A stretch of 64,000 nucleotides of DNA from Candidatus Lloydbacteria bacterium. Lineage in GTDB: Bacteria; Patescibacteriota; Minisyncoccia; Phycocordibacterales; UBA6899. The DNA lies in the NCBI GenBank assembly GCA_043719805.1, contig JAYSTI010000001.1:215770-279769 (forward strand). The letters are read 5' to 3'. The notes beneath the pieces are model-generated. The model did not search any database. It had not been told where the DNA came from and saw only the letters and a list, made by a program, of their open reading frames with translations. Shown piece after piece: positions 45,029 to 54,152 of this stretch. The translations under genes and the position numbers were made by a program. Every line of letters begins with the position of its first letter. Position 1 is the first letter of the stretch.

Positions 45029-46180
45029 ATGAAAATTGTTCTCGCAACGCCACTATATCCCCCGGAAATCGGCGGCCCCGCAACGTACATCATCGAGCTC
45101 ACGGAACGCACGCACGAGGCGCACGAGATAACCATCGTGGCGTTTGCGTCGACATCCAAACCTGCAAAAGGGGCGCACCTTGTCACGGTGAGCAAAAGGC
45201 GTGCGCTTCCCCTCCGACTCCTCAAGTTCACGTGGGTGCTGTGGAAAGAGTCACGCGGCAAAGATATCATCTACGCACAAAATGCTGTTGCGGCCGGATT
45301 CCCTTCGGTCATCGTTGGTATCTTGCGCGGAATCCCCGTTGTCATCAAATTCGTCGGTGACGAAGCATGGGAAAAGGCCACTCAGCAAAAACTCACCACA
45401 AAGCAGCTCGAGGAATTTTTGGAACATCCCGATCCGGTGCCTTTCTATATTGCACTCGTAAAGAACATTCAGCGATGGACGCTGAATCATGCGGATGTTG
45501 CCACCACGCCGTCACAATACCTTCGCGACGCGATTGTCCGTGCGTATAACATTCCACCCGAACGCGCGCTCGTCAACTACAATGCCACGGAGAATGCCGA
45601 GATTCTCCCCTTCTCGAGCGAAAAACAAAAACATCAGATCGTCGCGACGGCACGACTCGTCGAGTGGAAAGGAATAGATGGAATCATTCGCGCGGTGGCA
45701 CTCCTCACAAAGCGCTTCCCTGATATCAAATTGCTCGTTGCCGGCGACGGTCCCGACGAAGAAAAATTAAAAAAACTGGCGCACGACCTAGGTGTCGATG
45801 CGCACGTCGAATTTCTCGGGCGCGTTTCTCGTGCAGAGACATGGCACATTCGCAAAACGTCGCAGGTGTATGTCTTAAACTCAACCTATGAGGGATTGCC
45901 GCATACCGTACTCACGAGTTTCTCGGCGGGAATCCCCACTATTGCGACGAATATTCCGGGGACGAATGAAGCGGTCATCCATGAGTCGACTGGCCTGCTT
46001 GTGCCAGTCGGAGACGACAAGGCGCTTGCAGATGCGATCGCGCGGCTCTTCGAAGATGAGGCACTCTGCACACGACTGGTCATGAACGCGGAGCAGATCA
46101 TCAAAGACAAATTCTCCTGGGAGGCGCACCTCGCGATACTCTTTCAGATATTTGAGAAACTCACCGGTAAAAAATCATAG
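45029..46180 (+). CDS. GT4-family glycosyltransferase
   Basis: MKIVLATPLYPPEIGGPATY plus C-terminal ...VLNSTYEGLPHTVLTSFSAGIPTIATNIPGTNE. Confidence 0.8.
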   Translation: MKIVLATPLYPPEIGGPATYIIELTERTHEAHEITIVAFASTSKPAKGAHLVTVSKRRALPLRLLKFTWVLWKESRGKDIIYAQNAVAAGFPSVIVGILRGIPVVIKFVGDEAWEKATQQKLTTKQLEEFLEHPDPVPFYIALVKNIQRWTLNHADVATTPSQYLRDAIVRAYNIPPERALVNYNATENAEILPFSSEKQKHQIVATARLVEWKGIDGIIRAVALLTKRFPDIKLLVAGDGPDEEKLKKLAHDLGVDAHVEFLGRVSRAETWHIRKTSQVYVLNSTYEGLPHTVLTSFSAGIPTIATNIPGTNEAVIHESTGLLVPVGDDKALADAIARLFEDEALCTRLVMNAEQIIKDKFSWEAHLAILFQIFEKLTGKKS

Positions 46181-47125
46181 ACGATTCTCCCGTACCCATT
46201 CGACGAGACGCCTGATTCCCTCCTCCAGCGACACCTCCGGTTTCCATCCGAGCTCGGTGTTTGCTTTCCCGATGTCGGCAAACGTATCCTCGACGCTCGC
46301 TTTGTGACTCTCGCGCTCACGTACTTTTGCCTTTACGCCGATGACTCTCTCGAACGTCTCCAGAAGTTCGCGCAGTGAAACGGGATTGTTGTTGCCGATA
46401 TTAAATGTCTGATTGCCGTTCGGATGTTCCAGTGCGAGAATTGTGCCGCGGACAGTGTCGCCGACATAAGTATAGTCACGCTTGCGGTCCCCTTTTCCGG
46501 ACATTTCAATTTCCTCTCCGCGTAATATTGCCTGCGCCCATTTGTATGGGACCATGCCGGGGCGGTTGTGCTCGCCGTAGACATTAAAAAAGCGGAGCGA
46601 GGTAATCGGGATTCCGAAATTGTGATGATACGAATGCGCAAATAATTCAACCGCCCGCTTCGTCGCGCCATAGGGAGATATCGGCTTATCGGTAATGGTC
46701 GACTCACTCCACGGTGTAGGCATATTGCCGTAGACCGAAGACGACGAGACGTTCACGACATGCTTCACGTCCACACTACGCGCTGCGTCAAATACGACCA
46801 ACGAGCCGTTGATGTTGTTATCGACATACGGATACGGGTCGAGAACTGCAGCGCGCGTATCTGCTTTTGCGGCAAGATGGACGACGGAGTCCGGTTCCTC
46901 CCTCGCAAATAGCTCGACCATCGCCTCTCGGTCGCGAATGTCGATGCGTTCGAGTAAGAAACACTCATTGGAAAGGAGGCTCTTCACGTGCTCCTCCTTA
47001 AAGCGCGTCTCGTATGTGTCGTCGAAATTGTCGATGCCAACAACGCGATACCCGCGTACGAGTAATTCCTTCGAAAGATTTGAGCCGATGAAGCCTGCGG
47101 CTCCGGTGACGATAACTGTTTTCAT
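46175..47125 (-). CDS. NAD-dependent epimerase/dehydratase (UDP-sugar 4-epimerase / UXS-like)
   Basis: MKTVIVTGAAGFIGSNLSKELL, YGATKRAVE (YxxxK). C-terminal ELGWKPEVSLEEGIRRLVEW. Confidence 0.85.
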   Translation of the reverse strand: MKTVIVTGAAGFIGSNLSKELLVRGYRVVGIDNFDDTYETRFKEEHVKSLLSNECFLLERIDIRDREAMVELFAREEPDSVVHLAAKADTRAAVLDPYPYVDNNINGSLVVFDAARSVDVKHVVNVSSSSVYGNMPTPWSESTITDKPISPYGATKRAVELFAHSYHHNFGIPITSLRFFNVYGEHNRPGMVPYKWAQAILRGEEIEMSGKGDRKRDYTYVGDTVRGTILALEHPNGNQTFNIGNNNPVSLRELLETFERVIGVKAKVRERESHKASVEDTFADIGKANTELGWKPEVSLEEGIRRLVEWVRENRL

Positions 47126-47154
47126 GATTATTTTTAGTATATGATACTCATACT

Positions 47155-48270
47155 ATGCGAGCAAACGAAAAGCAGGAAACATGGGAAAAATGGCGCGATG
47201 AGGAACTCCTGCGAGCACGGACCTACCTCGCGCGACTCCACTACACACTCGACGATGAACAGGCGCATATTAGCGGTGAGCGTTTTCTCGTGAGCGGACA
47301 TAAGTTGGTACTCACCGGAGTTGAGACAAGTAGCAACACGCCCGTCGTCATCAAGTGGAGTACCGACAAAGAGAGTATGGACGAAATTCGCGACGAGCGC
47401 ACGAGGCGTGAGATCCTGCGCAATATCCATTTCGCAAACCGCGCGATGCGTTTCCCTGATGAACAATATTGGGAGGGCAACGGAGCAGTGACCATTCTTG
47501 CGACAAAATTCATCCCTCAAAAAAATATTTTCATTCGGCTCACTATCTCCGAGCAATTCTTCTTCGCGCTCTCTGCACTTGAATCTCAGGAAGGCACACA
47601 CGTTGCAACGCACGAACACGAACGGATTCTTCTCGCCCTTGGAAGAATGATGCACGCGGAAGACTACCTTCTGCAATTTGACGTGTGGTGTGAACATATT
47701 CGCGCGCGGACCGCGACGGAGAATGCCCTTCACCAGTCGCTTGCGCTCGCCGGAGAATTCCTCCGTACGCACCGCACGACCATCGATCGCTACTGTGGAG
47801 TGCTCACACACACAGACTTTGTTCCGCACAATTTTCGCATCATCGACAGGCAGATTGTCATCCTCGACCACACGTCCCTCATCATCGGAAATAAATATGA
47901 AAGTTGGGCGCGTCTCATCAACTTTATGTCACTCTACAATCCGGAACTTGAGAAGATGCTTTTGTTGTACGTAAAAGAAAACAGGGGGGAAGACGAATAT
48001 CTCTGTCTGCGCGCAATGCGCATCTATAAACTGGGGTTCCTCTTGGACCACCACACCGCCGCTCACAACGTATCCGAAGGAGACTTGCACCTCCTCACGG
48101 GTGAACGCGTCACATTCTGGGGACATGTACTCGACAGCGTGATTAACAACACGCCTGTCACACCGGAAGTGGTCGCACACTACAGGTCGCGCGCCATCGC
48201 ACTACGCACCAAGGAGGAAGAGCGTCGTCATCAAGATATTTCAGGATGGAAGCAGGTCGAGACGAAGTAG
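47155..48270 (+). CDS. Aminoglycoside-phosphotransferase/choline-kinase-like (APH fold) small-molecule kinase
   Basis: HTDFVPHNFRIIDRQIVILDHTS matches the H.D...N...(I/L)(I/L)D catalytic and Mg loops of APH/CotS/LicA kinases. Confidence 0.6.
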   Translation: MRANEKQETWEKWRDEELLRARTYLARLHYTLDDEQAHISGERFLVSGHKLVLTGVETSSNTPVVIKWSTDKESMDEIRDERTRREILRNIHFANRAMRFPDEQYWEGNGAVTILATKFIPQKNIFIRLTISEQFFFALSALESQEGTHVATHEHERILLALGRMMHAEDYLLQFDVWCEHIRARTATENALHQSLALAGEFLRTHRTTIDRYCGVLTHTDFVPHNFRIIDRQIVILDHTSLIIGNKYESWARLINFMSLYNPELEKMLLLYVKENRGEDEYLCLRAMRIYKLGFLLDHHTAAHNVSEGDLHLLTGERVTFWGHVLDSVINNTPVTPEVVAHYRSRAIALRTKEEERRHQDISGWKQVETK

Positions 48271-49086
48271 AGGTTTCAAGTGCTCAAATAACTGCGGCGA
48301 AGCGACGGCGATGATGGTCTGCGGCGTGAGCGTAATTGCGACGGGGACGCCGCGCGACGTGTACACTTCTCCTCCCGCCTCACGTACCATGCCGATAGTG
48401 CCGGAAATATCTGCTGTGGTCATTCCACCATAGATGACAATTTCGACGGAGCCTGAGGAAAGCAGCGAGAGGTCATAAGCCGACGCACCAAAGTTTCCTA
48501 CTTTGGCCACGGCACCTGAGGTAAAATCTTCGACGACCTTAAATGCCCACGGTTGGACCTTCTTATTCCTTCCGGGACGAACGACGGCAAACGCCTCCTT
48601 GGGATCGCTTTTTGACGAGGCATGAACGCGCACGCCATCTCGCCACACGCCTTCTCCATTCGCGAAGATAAATGTTTCCCGTGTTATCGGATGATGCACG
48701 ACGGAAAAAACGGGTTCGCCGTTTTGCACGAGCGAGATGACTGTCGTGAAGAGCGGAATACGTCGGGCAAAATTGGATGTGCCGTCGATGGGGTCGATTG
48801 TCCACAGGTGTGCGTGACCTGCGATGGAAGTAATATCTCCATGTTCCTCTTCAGAATAAATTTCGTGTTCAGGAAAATTCTTTTTTAGTTCTTCTGCTAT
48901 CCGGATGCCGATCTCACGATCGGCGGAAGTCACTTCGTCCTGCACATCTCCATTCTTGTATTCAATGGCGAGGGACTCCGAATAGGCCGCGCGGATACGC
49001 TCGCCCGCAGACGTGGCAATGGCCGAAACGATATCCGCATACCGCGCCATGAGTGGACCGGTGGAATTTTCCATATCTTTCATCAT
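48241..49086 (-). CDS. Inositol-monophosphatase-family (IMPase/CysQ/SuhB-like) phosphatase
   Basis: WTIDPIDGTSNFARRIP family signature, EEE...DIT metal site. Start at MMKDMEN (49086), so the upstream terminator is not inside the gene. Confidence 0.8.
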   Translation of the reverse strand: MMKDMENSTGPLMARYADIVSAIATSAGERIRAAYSESLAIEYKNGDVQDEVTSADREIGIRIAEELKKNFPEHEIYSEEEHGDITSIAGHAHLWTIDPIDGTSNFARRIPLFTTVISLVQNGEPVFSVVHHPITRETFIFANGEGVWRDGVRVHASSKSDPKEAFAVVRPGRNKKVQPWAFKVVEDFTSGAVAKVGNFGASAYDLSLLSSGSVEIVIYGGMTTADISGTIGMVREAGGEVYTSRGVPVAITLTPQTIIAVASPQLFEHLKPLLRLDLLPS

Positions 49087-49116
49087 AGTTATCTTCCCAC
49101 AAAAATCCGCAAAAGA

Positions 49117-49142
49117 AAAACCGAGCAACTTGTGCTCGGTGA
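49117..49142 (-). terminator. Rho-independent terminator (minus strand) after the 49147-49869 gene
   Basis: Minus-strand caccgagcacaagttgctcggtttttcttttg: 7-bp GC-rich stem and T-run. Near-identical copy at 52317-52343. Confidence 0.6.
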
Positions 49143-49146
49143 TGTG

Positions 49147-49869
49147 CTATGAGATGGCAATGTTTTCATTGATCCATTCGAGGGTGACTCCGGCGCGTGC
49201 GGCTTCCTGTTCCTGTCTCGCTCGCTTGGTGTCCTTCACTTCTACGTGATGTGCTTTTCCGTCTTCAGAATCCCTGATACGCAGGGCGGTTTCTTCACTT
49301 GGAGAAATGAGCACGGCGCATTTTCCATGCTTCTTGATAAGTCTCGCAAGCGGGGCAACCTCCTCGACGCCGATCACGCTGTCAAATCCACCCACATCAA
49401 GGAGGGCCTGCACGTTCCAAAATGCCATGGTGTTTTCGATGGGCATAGCATGCACAACATCAAGTTCGCTGATGCGCACACCGACAACATCAAAACCGGA
49501 CAGAAGGAGGTTTGCTGCGCTATCCATTACTCCGAAACTCAAATACTCCGAAGCTTTATTGGAAACAATCGCGACAAATTCGACGTCACCGCTCACCGCA
49601 CGAAGTGCCTGATTGAGCGCTTCGCCGCTATGGTGACCCGTCGCAGGGCAAACTTCCGCCCGCAAACCCTCGCGCTGAAATGCCTCAGTGAGAGAGGCAA
49701 CTGTTCCCCCAAAGTCATAGTCCGTTGGCACAACGACAAGTACGCGGTCGAACCCGCACAAAATTGCTTTTCTGACGCTTACAAGCGCCCGCTTCGCGAC
49801 TTCAGCGAGCTGCGCCTCCGTCTTTGCGTACGAACGAAGAAAAATCCCGCGACGTGCTTGGGTCATCAC
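49147..49869 (-). CDS. Hypothetical protein, member 1 of a local three-gene paralog family
   Basis: 240 aa. Shares AFW.VQ.LL.VGGFD...IGVEE blocks with 49958-50866 and 51355-52155. No signature motif recognised. Confidence 0.45.
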   Translation of the reverse strand: MMTQARRGIFLRSYAKTEAQLAEVAKRALVSVRKAILCGFDRVLVVVPTDYDFGGTVASLTEAFQREGLRAEVCPATGHHSGEALNQALRAVSGDVEFVAIVSNKASEYLSFGVMDSAANLLLSGFDVVGVRISELDVVHAMPIENTMAFWNVQALLDVGGFDSVIGVEEVAPLARLIKKHGKCAVLISPSEETALRIRDSEDGKAHHVEVKDTKRARQEQEAARAGVTLEWINENIAIS

Positions 49870-49957
49870 TGACTCCTTTGTAAGAACAAAAAGTTGACAA
49901 ACATTTACGACTCAGCCAACGACAATCATAACACAAACGTTAAACTTTGCAAAAGAG

Positions 49958-50866
49958 CTACTGCAATATCCCCTGCTCTATTATCTCGAGTGACTCGCCG
50001 ATACTCTTTGCCACATGCTCTTGCCTCTTTTCTTTTGTTGCAAGTTTTGCGAAATGCCGCCGATGCGCAACGGGGTCAATGGTTTCGTCCAGCTCTTTCC
50101 ACTTCGCCCCGTCGCAGGGCAACACAATGCCGATAGACGGACCAAAATATTTTACGAGTCGAATGAGCGGAATTATTTCTTCACCTCCGACGGCGGGATA
50201 TTCAATGTTTTTCCCCTCCGAGGGAACAGAGACCGTTTCACTCATGTGCAATCCTTTCTTCTTCTGCGCCGCACGAAGGTCAAATCCGCCGACAGACACG
50301 AGGCTCTTGTTGTGCCAGATAGAAAAAACATTTGACACCCTCCCCTTTACGACAAATCTTTCGAGCTCACGAAGAGCGAGTCCGGCTACACGAGCCCTGT
50401 TTTGCATCTGCCCGAGTAACCCAAAAACATTCTCTTTGGATATATATTCCGTAGCACCGTGAGAAATGATCATCGAATACGAAATACGATCTTCTAGCTG
50501 ATTCGCAATTCCGTAGTTGAGCAACACGCAGTAAATGTCCCCCTTTTTTATTTCCAGCACGTGCACTGGTGCATCAGGAAATCGTGACGAAACTTCCGTA
50601 CGCAGTCGCTCCCCCGAAAGCCCGCAATCACTATCAACGTAATCCCGATCACTCGACACCAGAAGGTCGATGCGGGCAAAAACCGGGCGATCATCAATTT
50701 TTATCGCAAGCAATTTTTCAACTGCGTCGAGTGCGGATTCCGTTTGATATTCCACCGCCTCGGGCGTCGTGGCAAACACACGAAGGAGCGCACCCACCCG
50801 ATTGCGCTCCAATAATTTTGCTGCGAGCTCATTTGACATACAAACAGTATAACAAAATCCCCCCAA
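49958..50866 (-). CDS. Hypothetical protein, paralog family member 2
   Basis: 302 aa. NVFSIWHNKSLVSVGGFD block shared with 49147-49869. Confidence 0.45.
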   Translation of the reverse strand: MGGFCYTVCMSNELAAKLLERNRVGALLRVFATTPEAVEYQTESALDAVEKLLAIKIDDRPVFARIDLLVSSDRDYVDSDCGLSGERLRTEVSSRFPDAPVHVLEIKKGDIYCVLLNYGIANQLEDRISYSMIISHGATEYISKENVFGLLGQMQNRARVAGLALRELERFVVKGRVSNVFSIWHNKSLVSVGGFDLRAAQKKKGLHMSETVSVPSEGKNIEYPAVGGEEIIPLIRLVKYFGPSIGIVLPCDGAKWKELDETIDPVAHRRHFAKLATKEKRQEHVAKSIGESLEIIEQGILQ

Positions 50867-50896
50867 GTTTCCTTGGGGGGATTACAGGAACAAATT

Positions 50897-51337
50897 CTAT
50901 TCGAGAAATTCCCCTTCATCCCGCGGTGCATCAACGGTAGCGGCGAAGGCCTCAAGCGTCAGCGTCCCAAACGGGAGAGGAACGTAGACGGTAAGGCTTG
51001 GCCTCACGACCATGGCGAGGTTGGGGCAATCACATCCCTTGTTATAGCGGATGATGGCAGACACGTTCTCTGCTCCAACTTGATTAACCACGTCGAGTAC
51101 GCGGCGAGACCGGAGCCTGTTCGTTACCTCGAAAGTCATGATTCCCTGAGAAAGTCCAACCAGCCAAAACCGGTCACTATACCCCCACTCAATCGTGTTC
51201 GGCTTCACCATGAGAACCGATTTGTTGATTGCACAGAGCCGCGCGTTAGACTCAAGGTCTCCGCCAACTTGTGCGGCGACCAGAGCGAGGTCAAGGTGGG
51301 TGGCAACGGGGAAACTATCTCCGATATTCAGTGTCAT
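50897..51337 (-). CDS. Hypothetical protein (146 aa)
   Basis: Open frame in a GC-rich region with sensible spacing to its neighbours. No recognised motif. Confidence 0.35.
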   Translation of the reverse strand: MTLNIGDSFPVATHLDLALVAAQVGGDLESNARLCAINKSVLMVKPNTIEWGYSDRFWLVGLSQGIMTFEVTNRLRSRRVLDVVNQVGAENVSAIIRYNKGCDCPNLAMVVRPSLTVYVPLPFGTLTLEAFAATVDAPRDEGEFLE

Positions 51338-51354
51338 ATCATTTCTCCTTCAGT

Positions 51355-52155
51355 TTAGATGTGAATGACGCGGCCGAACGGGATATTCGCAAGCGCCATT
51401 TGCTTTGCGGCACGGGTGAGCGCCGAGGCGCGCTTGTGCTCGTCGAGCACTTTGCGTGCTCCGACGATGCCGGAGGCATCACGATCTGCTCCGGTGACGT
51501 GAACGAGTTTCACTTTCGCATTCTCCACCCCGAGCATGTGCTGGATGAGGGAGAAGGTCGGCACCTCCTTGATTCCGGCCACCTTCATGCCGGGGTCATT
51601 CGGAGCACCGACATCTTCGAAGCGTTCACATCCGATCCACGGCGCTTCGCTCACGCCGATGAAATTGTAGAGCGCAAGCATCTGCACACGCACCAGCATG
51701 AATGCGTCAGCGGGCACGCGCATGCCGTTCATCTCGTGTTCGCCGGGAACGTGGTCGTGGAAACCCTCGAGTGCGGCGCCAACCACGAGGGTGTCCTCGG
51801 CGAGATGTGCGTCGAGCGCGGCGATGTTCACGTCGGTTGGCACATGTTCGGTATTCGCGAACAAGACCTTCTCGTGACCGTCGAATGCCGCCTGCATAAC
51901 GAGCGCATTCAGCGGCTCGACATAGCGACCCCACGGAGTGACAGGGAGAGCGAGCAGCTTCTTTCCGCGAGGCACAGGGAGTGTCTTGAGGAAGGAAAGC
52001 GTGTCGCCGATATCACGCACGGTGTTCACCGCAACATAGGCGGTATCGATGGCGTCGCAGCGGAAGCAGGCCGACACAAAACGGACAATCTTCAGCAGGC
52101 CGGCGTCGATGCCGGACATGTCGGAAATGAAAAAACGCGTCACAAGTGCGGTCAT
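51355..52155 (-). CDS. Hypothetical protein, paralog family member 3
   Basis: 266 aa. ADAFMLVRVQMLALYNFIGVSEAP resembles the shared block. Preceded by the conserved leader element. Confidence 0.45.
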   Translation of the reverse strand: MTALVTRFFISDMSGIDAGLLKIVRFVSACFRCDAIDTAYVAVNTVRDIGDTLSFLKTLPVPRGKKLLALPVTPWGRYVEPLNALVMQAAFDGHEKVLFANTEHVPTDVNIAALDAHLAEDTLVVGAALEGFHDHVPGEHEMNGMRVPADAFMLVRVQMLALYNFIGVSEAPWIGCERFEDVGAPNDPGMKVAGIKEVPTFSLIQHMLGVENAKVKLVHVTGADRDASGIVGARKVLDEHKRASALTRAAKQMALANIPFGRVIHI

Positions 52156-52200
52156 GGCTTGCCTTTCGATGTGCGCTTTTGCGCGGGGTTTGAATGGAGA

Positions 52201-52272
52201 GTTCTTCTCTTCACTGAGTTAAACCTTCTCGACAAAGTTGAGTCGATAAGGGATATGAATCAAAGAACGATA
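52201..52272 (-). promoter_or_regulatory. Conserved 72-nt leader element, copy A: candidate cis-regulatory RNA or promoter/operator
   Basis: Aligns gap-free with 53014-53085. The first 14 and last 18 nt are identical. The central hairpin arms differ (tcgac/gtcga versus ccggc/gccgg) while staying complementary. The loop aaagttga is conserved. Confidence 0.5.
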
Positions 52273-52316
52273 CTGTTGTATTATACATAAAATACGCTTT
52301 CTGTCAAGAAGAAGTA

Positions 52317-52343
52317 AAAACCGAGCAGCTTGTGCTCGGTGGG
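52317..52343 (-). terminator. Rho-independent terminator (minus strand) after the 2H phosphoesterase gene
   Basis: Minus-strand caccgagcacaagctgctcggttttta. One substitution relative to the 49117-49142 copy. Confidence 0.6.
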
Positions 52344-52354
52344 ACTACCGTGAT

Positions 52355-52981
52355 TCAGAATCTCCAGGCTTCAACTATCGCTTCTTTCTTCATTTGTCCG
52401 AATTCATTGATCACCCCGAAATACAGAGCCCTTGGGGCAAATGTGGTTCGAGGAAGACGAAACTGCTCTACCTCCACGACATCAGCACTGTGTTGCAGTC
52501 GGGCGATGGTGACGTGTGGGTGGTAGTACTCCCCCGTTGCAAGCATGCCGTAACGCAAAATTCGATCTTGTTCCGTCGACGTTGCCGTGAGCATGGCCTT
52601 ACTTGCCTGCGGAAGTAACCGGCCGGCCGCAAACGCACTCATGTGTGATGCGACGAATTCATGAAGGCGGCAGAGTGTGGGTGCTACTTCCAAATTCCAA
52701 AATACATTGTTGTTCTTTCTCACCTCGAGTCTGTCGACGAGAATAAGTTGCTTTGTCTTTGGCTTATTTACGACCAACTCCATTTTCAGCTCTTCCCATG
52801 CGCAGAGGGCATCTCGCATATTCGCGAATCGCCCCTGATACAGCGTTACGTGAGAATGGTATTCCGGGGAGAGCTCATACAAAAGCAGAATGCGTTCGTC
52901 GTAAAAACGAGAAACGGTGCGGCGAGCGGAAGCATCGACGCGCCCAGAGAGTGCGAGTGCAACTCCACAATCATAGGTCAT
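52355..52981 (-). CDS. 2H phosphoesterase superfamily protein (LigT/ThpR-like 2',3'-cyclic phosphodiesterase)
   Basis: Two H-x-T-x motifs (HSHVTLYQG and HPHVTIARL) spaced about 95 aa apart, as in LigT-like 2H enzymes. Confidence 0.6.
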   Translation of the reverse strand: MTYDCGVALALSGRVDASARRTVSRFYDERILLLYELSPEYHSHVTLYQGRFANMRDALCAWEELKMELVVNKPKTKQLILVDRLEVRKNNNVFWNLEVAPTLCRLHEFVASHMSAFAAGRLLPQASKAMLTATSTEQDRILRYGMLATGEYYHPHVTIARLQHSADVVEVEQFRLPRTTFAPRALYFGVINEFGQMKKEAIVEAWRF

Positions 52982-53013
52982 GTGACCTCCTGTTTTATTA
53001 CCAATGAGGAAGC

Positions 53014-53085
53014 GTTCTTCTCTTCACGAAGTTGGGCCAGACCGGCAAAGTTGAGCCGGTTGGGGGCATGAATCAAAGAACGATA
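53014..53085 (-). promoter_or_regulatory. Conserved 72-nt leader element, copy B
   Basis: See copy A. Located between the YvcK/CofD-like gene stop (53112) and the 2H gene start (52981). Confidence 0.5.
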
Positions 53086-53111
53086 TGATTCAGAATTACA
53101 CGAAATGTGAC

Positions 53112-54152
53112 TTATGTCAATATACTCGCAAGGACGGAGGCAAGCTTGTCTGAGTCGTGGCGAATAAGTGTGCGACGCAGAAGGTCCTTCTTTGGGGTTT
53201 TTGCGACTCCCTCGGCGAGCAGATCACGACCGATCAATCTTTCCTTGTCGCCCTTCACGCACTTGTCGGTGCAGACCACGGGCTCCCCTTCGTCGGCATA
53301 GCGCCGCACGAGGGTCTGCGGAGGTTTTTTTGTGTTGTACACAATAAGATCAAATGCTTTCTTCCCGATATATTCTTCGAGTGCACGGACATAATCGGTC
53401 ACCGAGAAATTATCGGTATGACCCTGCTGACTCATGAGGTTCGTCACAAACACTTTTTTTGCTTTTGAATTCATGAACGCACGGGAGACGCCGCGCACGA
53501 GAAAATTTGGAAGTATCGATGTGTAGAGCTTGCCGGGACCGACAACAATGAGGTCCGCTTCTTTGATTGCCTTGAGTGCCATCGGATTTGCATTTCCCGT
53601 CGGCTCGAGAAATATTTTTTTGATTCCGTATTTTGAGACGAGCTGATATTCCATAAATGTACTTTCGCCGTGCAGGACCTTGCCGTTTTCAAGTTCAGCG
53701 TGCAGCGAAATCCTATCGAGCGTCACCGGGACAACGCGTCCGCGGATATTCAAAATCTTTCCCGCAACGTCGAGTGCTTTATCGATACTTCCGGTGACTT
53801 GCTCTAGTGTCGAAATGAAAATATTCCCAAAATTATGTCCAGAAAGTTCGCCTTTCGCATAACGATGATTGAAAAGTTTGCGCATTACCTGATCAGCATC
53901 AGAAAGCGCGACGAGGCACTGGCGTAGGTCACCGGGAGGAAGCACACCGAACTCATCGCGGAGTCTCCCCGTAGAACCTCCGTCGTCCGCCATAGAAACG
54001 ATTGCGGTGAGATCGAGTGGATAATGCTTAAGGCCGGAGAGCACGGTAAAAGTACCGGTGCCACCACCCATCACAACCACCCTCGGGTTAGACTTCAAAC
54101 GGCGAACTTCCTTTGTGTTTTTTTTACTATTTTTTTGTTTTTTTGTGTCCAT
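53112..54152 (-). CDS. YvcK/CofD-family (UPF0052) protein: gluconeogenesis factor / 2-phospho-L-lactate-transferase-like
   Basis: VVVMGGGTGTFTVLSGLK...LTAIVSMADDGGSTGRLRDEFGVLPPGDLRQCLVAL is the family signature. Confidence 0.85.
   Translation of the reverse strand: MDTKKQKNSKKNTKEVRRLKSNPRVVVMGGGTGTFTVLSGLKHYPLDLTAIVSMADDGGSTGRLRDEFGVLPPGDLRQCLVALSDADQVMRKLFNHRYAKGELSGHNFGNIFISTLEQVTGSIDKALDVAGKILNIRGRVVPVTLDRISLHAELENGKVLHGESTFMEYQLVSKYGIKKIFLEPTGNANPMALKAIKEADLIVVGPGKLYTSILPNFLVRGVSRAFMNSKAKKVFVTNLMSQQGHTDNFSVTDYVRALEEYIGKKAFDLIVYNTKKPPQTLVRRYADEGEPVVCTDKCVKGDKERLIGRDLLAEGVAKTPKKDLLRRTLIRHDSDKLASVLASILT

Noticed and set aside
51271-52290. A 339-aa plus-strand ORF, with similar long plus-strand ORFs at 39354-40166 and 9934-10563, and 164 aa at 61534-62028
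   Set aside because: These lie antisense to well-supported minus-strand genes in GC-rich DNA. They have Arg/Gly/His-rich low-complexity translations and no motifs. They are spurious shadow ORFs.
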